In this document: positions 1 to 13,578 of the stretch, piece by piece
How positions within the stretch are numbered: position 1 is the stretch's first letter
How the letters are laid out: each line of letters opens with the position of its first letter
DNA from: Bugula neritina
Lineage: Eukaryota > Animalia > Bryozoa
Direction of reading: 5' to 3'
DNA: 64,000 nucleotides
NCBI GenBank assembly: GCA_964035545.1
Contig: OZ037773.1
Coordinates: 5,857,751-5,921,750 of the forward strand
Made by a program: the position numbers and the translations under genes
Notes under the pieces: model-generated
What the model was told of the DNA's origin: nothing
Seen by the model: the letters and a program-made list of their open reading frames with translations, nothing else
Database searches by the model: none

Positions 1-187
1 CTATGGTTCAATGTTCTCAAAACATCGAGTACTAGTATAAGGAAAACTGTACAACTGCGCTGTGTAATTATTTGTTAAACACATATGTAAAAAAAATTTA
101 TTTGGGTATTTTACATACTCAAAAATATTATGTATTCGTTACGTATAATCATATTTATAAGTGTCAAACAAAGCCATTTATTTGTAG

Positions 188-787
188 GGAAATAAAAGCA
201 AATAACAGGACACTAACTTTTAAAGAGTTCCTAAGATACTGTGTGATAGAACAATACTTCAATGGAGGAGCTAAGAATATGCAACCTCACTACAGACCTC
301 AGATACTTTCTGGAGCTCTTTGTGAGATCAACTATAATTTCATAGGCAAGTGTAACCTTCTGGAAGCTTGTTAATTCTTTTAGGTAATTGAATCAAACAC
401 CATGAAAAACTAATATACATCTGCCAGCTTTGTCAACTTTATTTTAAATTGCATATCCAACTTTGTAGAGCATTTATTGAAATTATTAAATTGTATGTGT
501 AGTTGATAAGGGGAAAGGTGTAGTCAGCTTTCAAAATATATTTTAAAGGAAAAACCGAAACTTATGATGAAGATATCAAAGTGGTATTAGAGCAGTTCCA
601 AATATCTAATATTACGCGGTTAATGAAAGAAGCTGAAAAATATCGAAAACCGAATGAGAAAGCCAATCTTACATCTTCTACCTATCTTCAACACTGGAAA
701 ACTGTAGACATTTGGATGATATATTTACTGAAGGAAATATATGCTGATGACATTCATATGTTCTATTATCCACTGAGTCCTTTTTAA
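188..787 (+). CDS. Carbohydrate sulfotransferase (Sulfotransfer_2, CHST8-14-like), paralogue 0: last two exons 188-345 and 549-787; 5' part lies outside the window
   Basis: Exons encode LTFKEFLRY...PHYRPQ...LCEINYNFIG and GKTETYDEDI...IYADDIHMFYY. Exon sizes (158, 239 nt) match the other paralogues. The intervening intron uses a GC donor (G|GCAAGT at 346). Confidence 0.88.
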
Positions 788-1828
788 ATGGTGGTTTATA
801 TTTTATGGGTAACAATAAAATTTTCAACTTTAAGCACTGCATGAAGTGGAAATACAAAACTTCAAACATATTGCAACAATAGTGAAGGACTTCCAATATA
901 ATTTTATTATTGCAATGCAAGACATATTCCACGAAAAAATATAAGATACAATAAACTTGCAATTATGAAAAAGTTTAAAAAACTTGAGAATATGATGCAA
1001 ATGATTCTAAAAGTTATACCATATTACCTGAAATGATGAAGTGAAGTCTAAAAATATTAAGGCAGTGTACAAAAAGATACCTATTGTAAATATCAGATCT
1101 ATATAATATATTATAGCAACATAGTAGTATAGCCAACTGGTAGCAGATAGCAGTATATCATCTATTACTTTTTAAGCTTCACTTTATGTGAATGAACTTT
1201 TTCATTCGATGCTTGAAAACAGTTGCAACGAATGAAACCATAACCACAATTTCATGCAAACCGAAACCATAAATTCAACTGAATGAGCATTCATTCCCAT
1301 AATTTGAAGCAATGGAAATGAAATGTTGCTAAAGTAATATAGCACATTGTAATATGTCAGTATATTACTATAAGAGTGCAACCGAAAGCATTAAAGTAGC
1401 ATATTCGACCATAATAAAGGTACAATATAATGGTATGGTCAGTAAAGCAACATGGCATTACATCACTATACTAGTAGTGTAGTATAGTATAGTAGTATAG
1501 AACGTCTTAAGGTGTGTCAATACTTTCATGACTTGCACCATAAAAGCTAGCAAGACTAAGCAAAATGGTATACTCCCTGCGCAAAGCACCTGATAGATAA
1601 AAATTCTCAAAAGAAATGAGTTTGGAAAATTTAGTTTTGTAGATTTACATCTCATAAAGTCAAGGCAACTCCTTGAATCGAAGGATAAAAATGTTATGTT
1701 GATATAAAAAATATTTCAATTCATCAACATGGGTATGATTTATGAAGGAGCTTGACCAAAAATTATAACATATGTAAACTGATACTCATAACCAGCAAAA
1801 AGTGTTTGTAAAAAACTATTAATATTAG

Positions 1829-3100
1829 TTAGAATGCATTTTCTACTTCCAAATCAACAACTCTGTTTTCCACTCTTGACCTTTCTGCAGCAAACACTAA
1901 AAGATGGCTGTACAGCGTCTCATCTGGTCCAGCTAAAATTTTACTTTGATCATTTGCCTTTATGGCATCTATAAATGTTTTAATGATATGAAAGTCTGCA
2001 CCACCATGCCCACCCAGAGGTCCATGAAAGGATGCACCAACTTTATGTTCAGTTGTGCTGCCTGACAAGAAGTCAAAAACTGTTACTGGACCAAAGAAGT
2101 CGCAAGATATTTCTCCTTTGGATCCAGATATGACAGTTTGACGAGCGCATACTCTTTTAGTAAAAGCTACCATCGATAAAGATGCCGTTGCTCCACTTTT
2201 AAACTGCATGTTTACGACTTGATTTGACATGACGTCGTTGTCACAGCTATACACACAACGCCCATATGGTCCTGCCTTCAGCTCCTTTACCAAGTCTTCT
2301 ATGTCATTAGTATTAGTGACAGCAGACACTGGCCAATGAAAACTTCCCCTTTTTGCCTGATCAAGGTATATTTTCTGTGCTGAGAAAGCACAATTTTCAT
2401 GTATTGAGCAATCTAAACATCTGTCCGCAGCTTCTTTTGGCTTGTGGTCAGGTGTAAAGTGCATCAATGAGCCAAACGAGCTAATTTTTGTACATTTGTT
2501 TTCTTCACCAACCCAATAAGTTATAAGGTCAAGGTCATGACAGCATTTAGCTAAAAGAGAACAAGAACTTTCTTGCTCTTTTCTCCAGTTACCTCTAACA
2601 AAAGAATGAGCAAAATGCCAAAAACCAACTGGCTCTGTGTGCTGAATATTACAGACCTCACCAATTACTCCAGACTGAATTAGCTCACGTATTTTTAAAT
2701 ACTGGGGATAGTATCGCAGAACATGACAAACTCCAAACATCACACCGTGTTTCTTTACCGCCTCTACAATTTCAAGGCAGTCTTGGTAGGTCACAGCCAT
2801 TGGTTTTTCCAGCAGAATATGATAACCCTTTTCTGCCAACTTGATTGCTGGCTCTTTATGCATTTTATCTTGGGTAGCTATAATTGCTATATCAGCTAAA
2901 CGCTTTTTCTGTGATAATTCTTGCCATGTTTCAAAAACCATTTTTTTAGAAATGTTATATTGAGACTTAAACTTATCCCTACGAATATCCACAGGTTCAG
3001 CAACTCCGACTATTTTCATTTTATCTGGAGCCAAGAGTGCATATTGTGGATAGCAGCTCCCCCGATTTCCTGCGCCAATTATGACAGCAGTAGTTGCCAT
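1829..3100 (-). CDS. Gfo/Idh/MocA-family NAD(P)-dependent oxidoreductase (YteT/YjhC-like), single coding exon, 423 aa
   Basis: Rossmann motif IIGAGNRG, LLEKP motif, CHVLRY, HSFVRGNWR, AKCCHDLD and C-terminal GHGGAD. An acceptor (tttcag) sits 4 nt before the ATG and a candidate donor (cag|gtaaat) at about 4520, implying a 5'-UTR intron. Confidence 0.93.
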   Translation of the reverse strand: MATTAVIIGAGNRGSCYPQYALLAPDKMKIVGVAEPVDIRRDKFKSQYNISKKMVFETWQELSQKKRLADIAIIATQDKMHKEPAIKLAEKGYHILLEKPMAVTYQDCLEIVEAVKKHGVMFGVCHVLRYYPQYLKIRELIQSGVIGEVCNIQHTEPVGFWHFAHSFVRGNWRKEQESSCSLLAKCCHDLDLITYWVGEENKCTKISSFGSLMHFTPDHKPKEAADRCLDCSIHENCAFSAQKIYLDQAKRGSFHWPVSAVTNTNDIEDLVKELKAGPYGRCVYSCDNDVMSNQVVNMQFKSGATASLSMVAFTKRVCARQTVISGSKGEISCDFFGPVTVFDFLSGSTTEHKVGASFHGPLGGHGGADFHIIKTFIDAIKANDQSKILAGPDETLYSHLLVFAAERSRVENRVVDLEVENAF

Positions 3101-5968
3101 GGTTCTGAAAACAATAATTATTCAAAAGATGACTGTTTTTATCACGATGAGCGCAATTAGTACTTTAAAATACAACATAGAAGTATAGTTTTAAATTTAA
3201 ATTCCAATGCATCAACTACTTTTCATTTTTCTACAAGAGTATAATTAGTCACTAAGAGTAATAATAACTGATAATGCATTCAAATTTGTAATTAGCACTA
3301 TTACTATTAACATCATAATTATAGTAACTACAATTTTAACTCAAACAAATGCTTATTATAAATGAAATAATTTTAGAGATAGCTAGACTACAAATGTATG
3401 AGTTTATTCATGATACTTCAAGTAGGTGACTTGCAGCAGAAAATTAATGAAGATTGCATTGTACCAAGTATAATGTCAACCACCCAATAATTGTTCATTG
3501 CTTGCAGGAGATTTATAGTTATAGCGATAGTCATACTCATCAATGATGAGTATGGGGCAATATGAATATATCAATAATAGATAAGATGTAGACATAGTCA
3601 CCTAGTCATACTTTGACTCATCAATGATCAATCAAATCATCATGATGAGTGCATGAGCACCATCATTGTAACTTATGAGTCTCAAGCGGTCATGCTTAGC
3701 CCTAAGACTGTAAGAGCAAAGGCCTATACCTACACCTCATAATCATAAAGCTTGGTAGTGGTACTGACAGTGAGAGTGATACTCACGCTCATAGCCATAC
3801 TGTCGATAGTAATTTACTGATAGTCAGAGTGATACTCATACTGATACTAATAATAATAGTAATACTAACATTAATAGATATAATATTAATAATAATATTA
3901 ATAGTAATTGACAATATCAATATGGCATTGGCTATCACTATCAGTATCACTATGAATAACTCAGAGTAAGACTAAGAGCAAGAGTTTAACACTTTAACTT
4001 TAAGTTTAACTTCAAGTTAGTATTACTGTTAAAGCATGAGTAATCTAAATCTCAATCTCTAATAAGTCTACTACTACTAGGTCCAGTAGGCGTAGCTCAC
4101 TCACTCTTAACTCAATAACTGGGCAATAAATTTATAGTCCTAGTTATACTTTATAATAATAATATTAATCATTAATCATTAATGGTATCCGCATTACTAT
4201 TAGTATTAGTATTACTATTAGTATTACTATTACTATTAGTATTAGTATTACATTTACTATTAGTATTAGTATTACTGCTAGTACTAGTACTAAATCTAAT
4301 AGTAATACTACTACTAGTAAAACTAAAAATAAAAGTAGGAACACTAACTAAAAGTAAAAAATATAATAATTATCATAATAATATTCTAATCATAATACTA
4401 ATAGCGATTACAAAACTAATATTACTATGATATTGATAAATATGGATAATAGCATCAGTACGACTAGACTCCAGAGTATCCTAAAAGCAATAACACGATT
4501 ATTATAATTATAAAATTTACCTGCAAGATTCGGAATTGTTGGGTCGCAAAGCAAATGCAACTCTCGAGCCACAGAGTAATTTCAGGGAGATAACTCCACA
4601 ACAACCTTTCTGCTTCAATATTGCTTGATTATTAGATATCACGTAGCAATATTTATAACTTACTGTGAGTCTTTCTGTAAACAATTAGGTCACGTTCTTT
4701 TGACAGTCGCCAAAATAGACAAATGTAGCAGCTTCACCACTAGTTTTCTACAAGTTATAAAAATTGACTTCCAAAAGCCACTGCTTTTATCCTAAATTCA
4801 AAACAAGGATATAAAAATTTTAACTGTGCCAAATTTCTGTCTATTTTGCATACCAATGGATATTTTTATCTCACAAAGGTTGTTACAAAAGTCATGATTT
4901 ACATCTTTTGCCAACAAGTTTTGCATGTCTGTGAACGTGATATGAACCATTTGCCAATACTTGGTAAATTACAGCTAAAGTCTATAATGTACTAATCTAT
5001 AACATTTCTTCCGTCAATTTTGCCTTCACCTTATGAGCTACATCAGATTATACTTGCATTCAAATTATAAACCTAAGCATAATTATCCACCATAAATACA
5101 CTATGCATGTCATGCGCAATATCTACTCTGCACAAAAAAATAATATATTGTGTGGTTACTTGATTGGACACTGTTAAGCAGTCAGGAAAAAAGTTATTCT
5201 TGAAAAAAGAGTTGTCCTCCATTTTTCAATTGTCCTTTTAAACGAAAATTAAGGCTTTTTCAAAATCATTTTATGTAGCAATCTTTGAAACTTAGAAATT
5301 GGCACGCATGCTGTTTATTTAAGCAAATATTTTATTTTTACAAAATGTTCAAAACTTCTCTTCACCAAAATAAGATGCGAGTAAAAAATCCGATGTTAGT
5401 TTAGTCATGTGACACCAGAAGCACCCTAGCAACTAGGCCAAGGGCTTTCCCTTCTGCAGTTATTTAACAAAGAATAACAGATTAGATCCAAAACATAGTT
5501 ATGTGCAGTAAAGTAGTGCAAAATCAAAAGCAATCTTTATACGCTTGTGTTTATATGAGCGAACAAAATAAGTGTAACATGTAGGTGATATTTATTTGGT
5601 TACGTACAAGCAACGCGACAACATAGATGATCAAAATCAAACTAAAATTTAAGCAATTTAAAGTGGATTGTCAGATTTTATAGAAAATATTATAAAGCCT
5701 AGGAAACCGGATCTGAGATTTTACAAAAACACAAAATAGAGCAATAGTAAAAAACAAGGAATGGCTACTACCAGAAAATGTTAAAGGTAATATTAAAAAC
5801 AAAACAAAAAAGAATGTAATGCATATAGGCCTATATAATATTGAAAATTTAAAAAAATGAGCTATAGTCAAGAGATCCGATTATCCTCAAAAGTTTTGTT
5901 ACACTCAGAAAATAAGAATAGAAGCACAATAGACATTTTATACAACTTCATGTGAAGTTCCTTCAGAC

Positions 5969-6200
5969 CAGGGGTGGGCAACTGGAGGCCCCAGGGCTAC
6001 CTGTGGCGCTTTGCCCCCTTTTCTATGGTCCTTTTAATTCTTAAGATAAGTAAAAACTATCATATGCACTCTTATTGACACACTATAGGTTTGGTGACAA
6101 ATTAGTTTATAATAATAAAATTATTATGCATACAATCATGTGACCCTTTGTTTTGGCCGACTTCTGAACTTGGCTCTCATGCAAAAGTTGCCAACCCCTG
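5969..6200. mobile_element. hAT-type MITE (degenerate)
   Basis: Terminal inverted repeats CAGGGGTGGGCAACT ... AGTTGCCAACCCCTG; 8-bp flanks only partly matched (cttcagac/ctttacaa). Confidence 0.7.
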
Positions 6201-6463
6201 CTTTACAAAGATGAAAAAGGCATCAATATCAAAATAGGAAAAAAAAAACAAAATATCAAATTTGAAAATGATTTTGCTGATGTGATCAACTCAATCTACC
6301 ATCAGCCCATTTTAACTCTTTTAGTAGAACTACATTGGAAATAAGGTTAGAAAATTATGGTGGTGTTGCCAAACTACAGACACACAACAAATACTAGCGA
6401 TCTATACGTGTACATCAAGATCTCACATACCTATTAGTGTTACTTTTACTAAGTGCCACGCAA

Positions 6464-9400
6464 TTAATAGGGTTGCCGAGGGTAACCAAACATTTCAATA
6501 TCAACAGAATATATTTTTTGAAGCTTCATGATTGTCTCCTGGTCCACTGACTGCCATCTGTCCAAGTAGGAAGAGAGTGTGATATTCTTCTTCTCATTTG
6601 GTTTTCGGAACTGTTGGGCCTCTGCCATTAATGCTGACACATCTTTCACATTGTATTGCTGGAGGACCACTTTGATATCTTCCCCGTAAGTCTCTGTCTT
6701 ACCTAAAACGCAGCAGCAATACAATGTGTTGCAAACATAAGTGAACATTAATCAGGTTTTATACAAAAATGGTAACTGCACAGGGAAGGACCGGCATAAA
6801 AGAGACCTTTGACCTTTCCTAACTATAACAAGTTGACCAGAGAGCTTGTTACCAAGTGTCACCATTTACTCGACAAGTCACTTACTAACGTACCACGAAA
6901 TCTGCCAACTCTTCCGCAAAACTTACCAACCCTACACCGGAATCTATCAAATTGATATAATACTAACCAACCGTGAGACCTAAAAACCCGCTATAGCAAT
7001 TAGTAACTAGTCATATTGGCTAAATTCACAATGAAGCCCCCTTTTTTATATTTAATATTTGTAATTATTTTATAGTCTGATATTACTAAAACGCAATACA
7101 TGCACATTAGACACATAAAATGTTTGTGGATGTACAACCAACTAACCTATAAAACTGTAGCTGAGATCACAGAAAGCTCCACTGATACTTTGCGGGCGGT
7201 AGTGGGGTTCCATAGCAATAGCACCACCCTTTTCATACTGCTCTATTACACAATACTTCAAGAACTGAGAATAAGTCAATGTTTTATGCTCCTGCTTCAA
7301 TTTCCTAAAATATGCCAGAGTTTAAAAAACAGACACAAGATGGACAGATACAGTAGAAGCTTTAGTTCAAGGTTTTTACATGAACAGGTAGTTATGAAAA
7401 TTCACTTTCAAAAGCCTCTTATTAAAAAACAAAAACGTCGCACAATGTTCAAAATTTGTCACTATTCAGAGACTACACTCAATAAACTATTTCCAATAGA
7501 CGCCATTTTCAAGTGAAAATGAAATTTGCAAATTCTAAAACTATGTGTCTTGATCATATCGGTTTTGAACAAATAATTTAAGTACCATCGTCAAGTTGAG
7601 ATCTAAGAGTGTTACCATGGTTGCTACCAACTTTCAGTCAAGTCTGCTAGAAAATCATATTTCGGTCAACTAGCTACAAAGTACAGACTGAGAATTTTCA
7701 GACAAAACATTAGTTGAATGTCATGGTAAAACGTCCACTGACTATCTGGTCAGCGAATATGGCCTTGACCTAATAAGTCATGCTTGCCTGTGAAGTTCTA
7801 AGAACTTGGTGTTTCTTCCATATCTGCATATTACAATATAGGAGTCGGAGAAGAGGACTTTCTCAATGTAGGTGCTGACTAGACGCTGCCAGGGGTCTCT
7901 GACGAAGGCATAGAGGAACTTTCTGGTTGGCCAGTTACTGTACCTTGGAGAGTAAGATTCCAAATCTGTTGTTTGTTCCATGAATCTACAAGTTACATAT
8001 AATAGATTAGGTATGAAACATACACCTAGGCCATAAGTGTTTATGAGAATGAGTACACCACATGATGGAATTATCTACCTTCTAAACAAGAACCTGCACC
8101 ACAAATAACTCACCCAGGTACATAATGATGCTCATCAGGGTATCCTGTTATCTTGGTACACTTTGGTCCAATCATGAGGCATATCATCCGTAAAATATTT
8201 GTACTTCCTGTCTTGGGTAGAAGTGCCCAAGACACATCACGGAATGTCAGGAAATACAGGCTACCTGCTCTGTTACCACCTCGAGGGGATGTGTGATTCC
8301 AACAGTACTGCAACAGGCAACCAACTCATCACTTTTACTGATACTGTTGCTGCTGATTGTACTAAATACCTTACAAGGTGTTTGAGCTACAGCTATCTAT
8401 GAACACTGGTTGCCATAGTTGGGAAACTTGCTTATCTTCAATTAATATCAACGAACTGACAGGGGAGACAAACACACACTGCTTCATATAGGAATCACAA
8501 TTTACTAAGCAGCTCTGCCCATAAGAGTAAAACCAGCGATTGGAATGTAATATTATCCCTTGCCGGCAATATCCTTACCCAAAACTACATATATTCTTGA
8601 ATGAAAAGCCACGGTAGAGCTACTGAAGTTGAAGCTTTTATTTAGTCCTCTTTGCCCATACAAAGTGAGTGCAAGATATTTGTTTGCATAACCCAGATTT
8701 CACATTTAAATTACTTTTAGTTGTCAGAGTAAGTAGAAATAACGACTGTTTTTTGCAGCATCAACCTCAAGTGTTCTCTAAGTTTTCACCATCTACCTTG
8801 TTTTCAGACACATAGAAAACATTTTGTGTAATATGTTTTTCGTTGTAACGGCAAATAAGTTTTTCCTACTTCTCTAGCATATTAGCGTTTTACCTCAGAT
8901 CATCTGATTTTTGCTATGGCCTATTTGACTTGAGATTGGATTGAATTAAATTGGAGCCATAAAAACCTGAGGTAGAGTTAGGTCTTTGATGCTTTTCCAC
9001 TAATCCAACTGGTTGAGATAGAACTGAGATGGCTTATAAAAAATTTTTGCCATGAAGTGGGTTTTATTAAGAAAAGAAAAATTAAATGTATTAGCAGATG
9101 GCTGCCTGACACTGGTGACTTGTATGTATAATTTTGAATAGACATTACTAGCATTCACTTACCTTTATACTTTGAATCAGAATGTTGAAAATATTGTAGA
9201 GGATTCTTTTATATATAATATGCAAATCTCAATTTAAAAAAAAACTTTCTTGTTTAAATTTTGTCTTCACTTCAACATAACACACGCTATACACATTACC
9301 TGGTTTACTAGAGAAATTCTCTCCACCTGAGTCTTCCTCACCTTTTCAAGGTCATACTGAGGTTCAGTCACACTGTGCATCCATAGCAGGTTTTTGTTCA

Positions 9401-12205
9401 ACACATCTACCAATAAATCAACTTCAGTAGGCAGAGTGATATGCTGAAATACCAGTTGCTGTTATGAATAATCAGAAGCTAAATATACTTCATATTCATG
9501 AGCTGTGATACAAACGACAAGCTATGACCTACCTTTGGGTAATTCATACTTACTATCTACAGCATTTTCTAGCATAAAGTTATTCTTCATATTCATAAAA
9601 AGTGATGTGAAAATCAAGAAAACTTGTATCATTAGAGTTTAGACTAGCCTAAATCTGTCCGCTAGAGATAAAGCAAACATAGCTGCAGGTAAGGTTTACA
9701 CTAGTTGTATGATTTGTGAGTAGCCTTCTGTGGTACATAATCCTGCATATTGAATATGTCTCTAATTTTAAATTATACAATACAATGCTCCCTCTTTATC
9801 GCACGGTTTCAGTTCTTACTAAACCCCATAGGTCACGAAAAGGACTTGGACTCCCGTTTTGTGGCTCATGTATGTGTAGCAAAATTGGAAGGGTTCATGA
9901 GTTAAATATAGTATTCTACTATGACGAAAATCCAGGTTTCAGAACCCAAAGTTTAGTGAGATATGAAGGGAGCACTATATTATGCATCACATTTAGTACA
10001 CAATATAAATTATTTACAAACAGAAGTAAAAAAATCAGAATATACATACTATGCAAAATAAATTAGAGTGCAGCTGAGGGTAGTAGTCAGTAATCCCAAC
10101 TTCCAAAACAGTAATGATCAATGTGATGTATTTAACATGGTTACCTACCACCACCATGATTGGCCTCACAACTTACGCAGTCAAAATATGCTACGTGACA
10201 TGACAGATACAATTCAGAAAGATGCGAAGATGCAATAAGCAGTGTTTGAAGTAGAGTGCAAAGCAAAGCCAAAAGCCATACCCACAGCAGAATATATATT
10301 AGCAATCTTGCAAATAAAAAGTTGATGACTTTTAAAGAAGCTAAATTTCAGGTCAAGCGTCTTTTTGTGACTTTATAAGTCACGAAAAAAGCAGAAGGTA
10401 AGCTGACTGAGCTAGAAAGCTGAAAGAAAAACCAATCATATATCCTCACAAACCTGAATGGTGAAGAGAACCCCGTGTTAAGTTCTCAGTTTCCAATAGC
10501 TATAATAAATAAGGTTCAGTAAAAAGTGCGATAGATATTTTTAGTTTGATTGGAAATATCATGAGCTCATACATAACCTGCAAAAATCTATGAATAGGAA
10601 TTATCTAGATTTGGAAGAGATGTCGAAGAGATAACTAACCTGAAAGTGGAGCAGGCCATTGGTCTTGGTTAATAAATGGCAAACCTATGCAAAAAGAAAG
10701 CACATAAATCTGCATTTAAAAATTTACAGTGTTATCGCAGCTGTATGGGAACAAACACACAATATTATTACAACTAATTTGAAGTGCACAAGTATCAACT
10801 ACTACTTCTGAATGACCTGTGACACTAAATTGTGTTGAAAAAAAACCGCTTTGGGTGATACATTGAAAACCTCTAGCAAATGAGAATGAAGCAATTCAGC
10901 CCATTTTCAATACTGAACTTTCGTTTTGGAGAATAAACAACTGGAATTTTAGCAATAGAAAACTGAAAATCCAATTTTTGCCAACCACTTTAAATCATTC
11001 TGAATATATTTACATTCCCTTTGTCACAACTTTGTAGAAATTTAAATGATAAGAATATAAAAAATGCATGTAAGATTTGCCATCTTGATAGGTTTTGTGT
11101 AAAAGAGTCTGCATATAGTTTCACAAAAATTGGGCAAATGGAGAAGTTGAATAAATTCTCTACACACATGACATCTTGCCAATAAAACGGATAATTAAAG
11201 ATTGATGTCATAAGTTATATAAAAAGTAACCCCAGTAATCTTCAGGGGGTAATGGGGGGGGGGGGGTGCTCTAAACACAACAGTGTCCCTACCACAATAA
11301 CCAATTACATTCAACAATCGAATATGTAAAATTGTTAACCAATAGGGTCAGCTTTGGGATGGTAAACAAAACTTAGAAGTCATTATTATCATTGCCAACA
11401 TTTAACTACACAGTTTCCCCAATGAGAGCAACAGGGGTCCAAGTCAAGCAAATTTGTGACTGAACTGAAGGGCTACTATCCCTCTATGATGTCCCCCTTT
11501 GGAATACATTACTTTAGATTCTAAGGTCACTGTTAGTATACTTTAGGATACTACGATGTGAAACTTTGATCACATTACATTACTTCTGTGCATGTTCTAC
11601 ATTTCATCCAAGATTATTGAATAATGGTAGCTGCTGAAACACAATATCACATCTAGAATAGGCAGCTGGTTTAAAGAAAAAAGGTTATGATGAATTAAAA
11701 TAATAAGACAAGCTGATGCAATATTTAGCTGATTTTTTCCAGCTGAAAATACCCACAACTACAATTTGCGGTATTTAATTAGTAAGCCTGCTAGGCAAAT
11801 AATCAGCACATTACCACTATTTGATCTTATTCATGAGCCACAAGCTATGACCTACCTTTAGTTAATTCATGTTCATTACTTCCTGTAGCATTCTTTATTA
11901 AAGATCCTTTCTTAAAAAATTCAACGACAACCTCTAAAATGGATGCAATACACTGAGTATCAAGTAGTCATATTGATCCTATTACACAGGATACAATACT
12001 TCTTATAAATATGGTGCATCAAGCGAGCAAACAAAAACAACTCAGCCACATACAAAATAAATAAAAAGCATTAATAGTGATGAGATGACTTACTGTTGTC
12101 TGAATTTTTTTCGGCAGGCGGAATATCGTTGCCATAATAAATAGTTGCAAGGGTGATGATTAGAAAGAACACCACAATTGAGGCCTTTCTAGTTAAAGCA
12201 GACAT
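6464..12205 (-). CDS. Carbohydrate sulfotransferase paralogue A. Exons: 12205-12094, mini-exons 11882-11856 and 9568(or 9556)-9533, 9406-9300, 8307-8114, 7985-7788, 7304-7147, 6702-6464
   Basis: Type II signal-anchor MSALTRKASIVVFFLIITLATIYY; 5'-PSB LPKTGSTN; 3'-PB FVRDPWQRLVSTY; HYRPQ; GKTET; DIEMFGY. Splice phases are consistent and give an open frame of about 352 aa. Confidence 0.88.
9782..9979. mobile_element. Tc1/mariner (pogo/Tigger-like) MITE in an intron of paralogue A
   Basis: Imperfect TIRs TACAATGCTCCCT ... AGGGAGCACTATA with TA flanks. Confidence 0.6.
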
Positions 12206-12639
12206 GGCTTAGATCACTCAGGTATACGCAACTTAAGCTCCTGGTGGTAGAGCCATTCTTTAAATCACCAAGCCAACTAGTCCAGTAAACTTGATGTAAA
12301 TTTCCACAATCCGAGGCTAGCAATCAATATAGATGTTTCAAGTGATGCCTCTTGCATGGTACGAACTAGAGACATAACACACTTTTTTGCAAATATTGAA
12401 TTTATGAGGCTCATGCAAAAATAACTTGATATCAATGTAAATTGCAAATGAGGCTGACACTAAATGTGAAGATCGAACTTTATTTCATCATACTACTTGA
12501 ACTGTTTCTAACTTTACTAGTCAACATTGAAACAAATGCATATGGTGAAGGTCTTTAATTATTTCTCAACTAACAAATTGAACAGGCGCTGCCAATTAAT
12601 AAATTGGAACTATAAGACTCACTATTATTACAAGTATTA

Positions 12640-12930
12640 TTAAAGAATCCCTGAGACACTTTACTTATGCAGTATTAAAATATGCATCTATATCTTAGCT
12701 ATCATCTGAATATCTTTTAAGGGTGGATGCCCAGGCAATTTTGTTTTATAACAAGTTTAGTGCATGAATGTCCTAAAAAGTTTCAAATTTCTGAGCTCTC
12801 AGTGATGACGTTTTCGGTCAGCTTCGAGTCCGAGTTATTATATAACTAATAGTTATTATTCCATACTTTCACAGTTTGTTATTTTTAGCCACTGCAACAC
12901 ACAGATCAATCAATGCACTGGCCTAAAATT
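12640..12930 (+). repeat. Interspersed repeat beginning TTAAAGAATCCCTGAGA; second copy at about 18592-18860
   Basis: Colinear similarity between the two loci (start motif, GGTGGATG/GTTGGATG, TTTTCGGTCAGCTT, TTAGCCRCTGCA). The TTAA start suggests a DNA transposon; family not determined. Confidence 0.55.
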
Positions 12931-13084
12931 TTAAGACACAGACTAAAAATAGTGCTGAATGAAAAAACAAATGAGACCATCTTACTATAGATCTTTAGAG
13001 CTAAAGTTACTTCCGTTTGAAATTTTGAGCATCGGAAAAATAAAATAGCCTCACTTCCAAGATGTAATTAGAACGGGTGGTTAT

Positions 13085-13578
13085 CAGGGTTAGGGTAATT
13101 GTAATTTTTAATTGGTTGTAATTAATTACATTTTTTCAAGTAATTGAATGTAATTCGTAATTGATGTATAAAAATGTAATTGTAATTGTAATTAATTACA
13201 TTGCTAATGCAATTGAATTTTACACTTACTTATAACTACATAACAACTACTTCGAATTTTTAAATCTTATAAAATTCTTATTTTTCCTGCTTTGTCTACC
13301 ATTTAATAAAAGGTTCAGATTAATTTAATCTCATATTTATGACACTACTCCTTACTACTGAGAACAAAAGAAAGTTTTCTGTTGTCAAAATTGCCCTGGG
13401 TAGCTGGACCCCAGAATTGTAATTGCAATTAATTACATTACCATGTAATTGCAATTAATTACATTACCATGTAATTGTGATTAATTACATTGATTTCAAC
13501 TGTAATTACAATTGTAATTGACAAATTATCATGTAATTGTAATTAATTAAATTCATATGTAATTGACCCCCAACCCTG
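13085..13578. mobile_element. hAT-superfamily MITE with TGTAAT/TAATTG subterminal repeats, copy 1
   Basis: TIRs CAGGGTTAGGG...CCCCAACCCTG; perfect 8-bp TSD GTGGTTAT (13077-13084 and 13579-13586). Confidence 0.9.

Noticed and set aside
4182-4430. Leu/Val-rich ORF resembling a membrane protein (also 32268-32483)
   Set aside because: Translation of TTA/GTA/CTA low-complexity DNA.
9407-9460. 5' extension of the KNLLWM exon (QLVFQHITLPTEVDLLV) via an upstream acceptor
   Set aside because: It would need phase 0, but upstream exons end in phase 1 and paralogue E uses the phase-1 acceptor; the conservation probably reflects recent duplication.
10640-10684. 45-nt AG/GT-bounded, in-frame candidate exon in paralogue A (GLPFINQDQWPAPLS)
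   Set aside because: Not seen in B-D, and its core TTTATTAACCAAGACCAATGG resembles intronic sequence at about 56134-56155, so it is probably a dispersed repeat fragment; needs RNA evidence.
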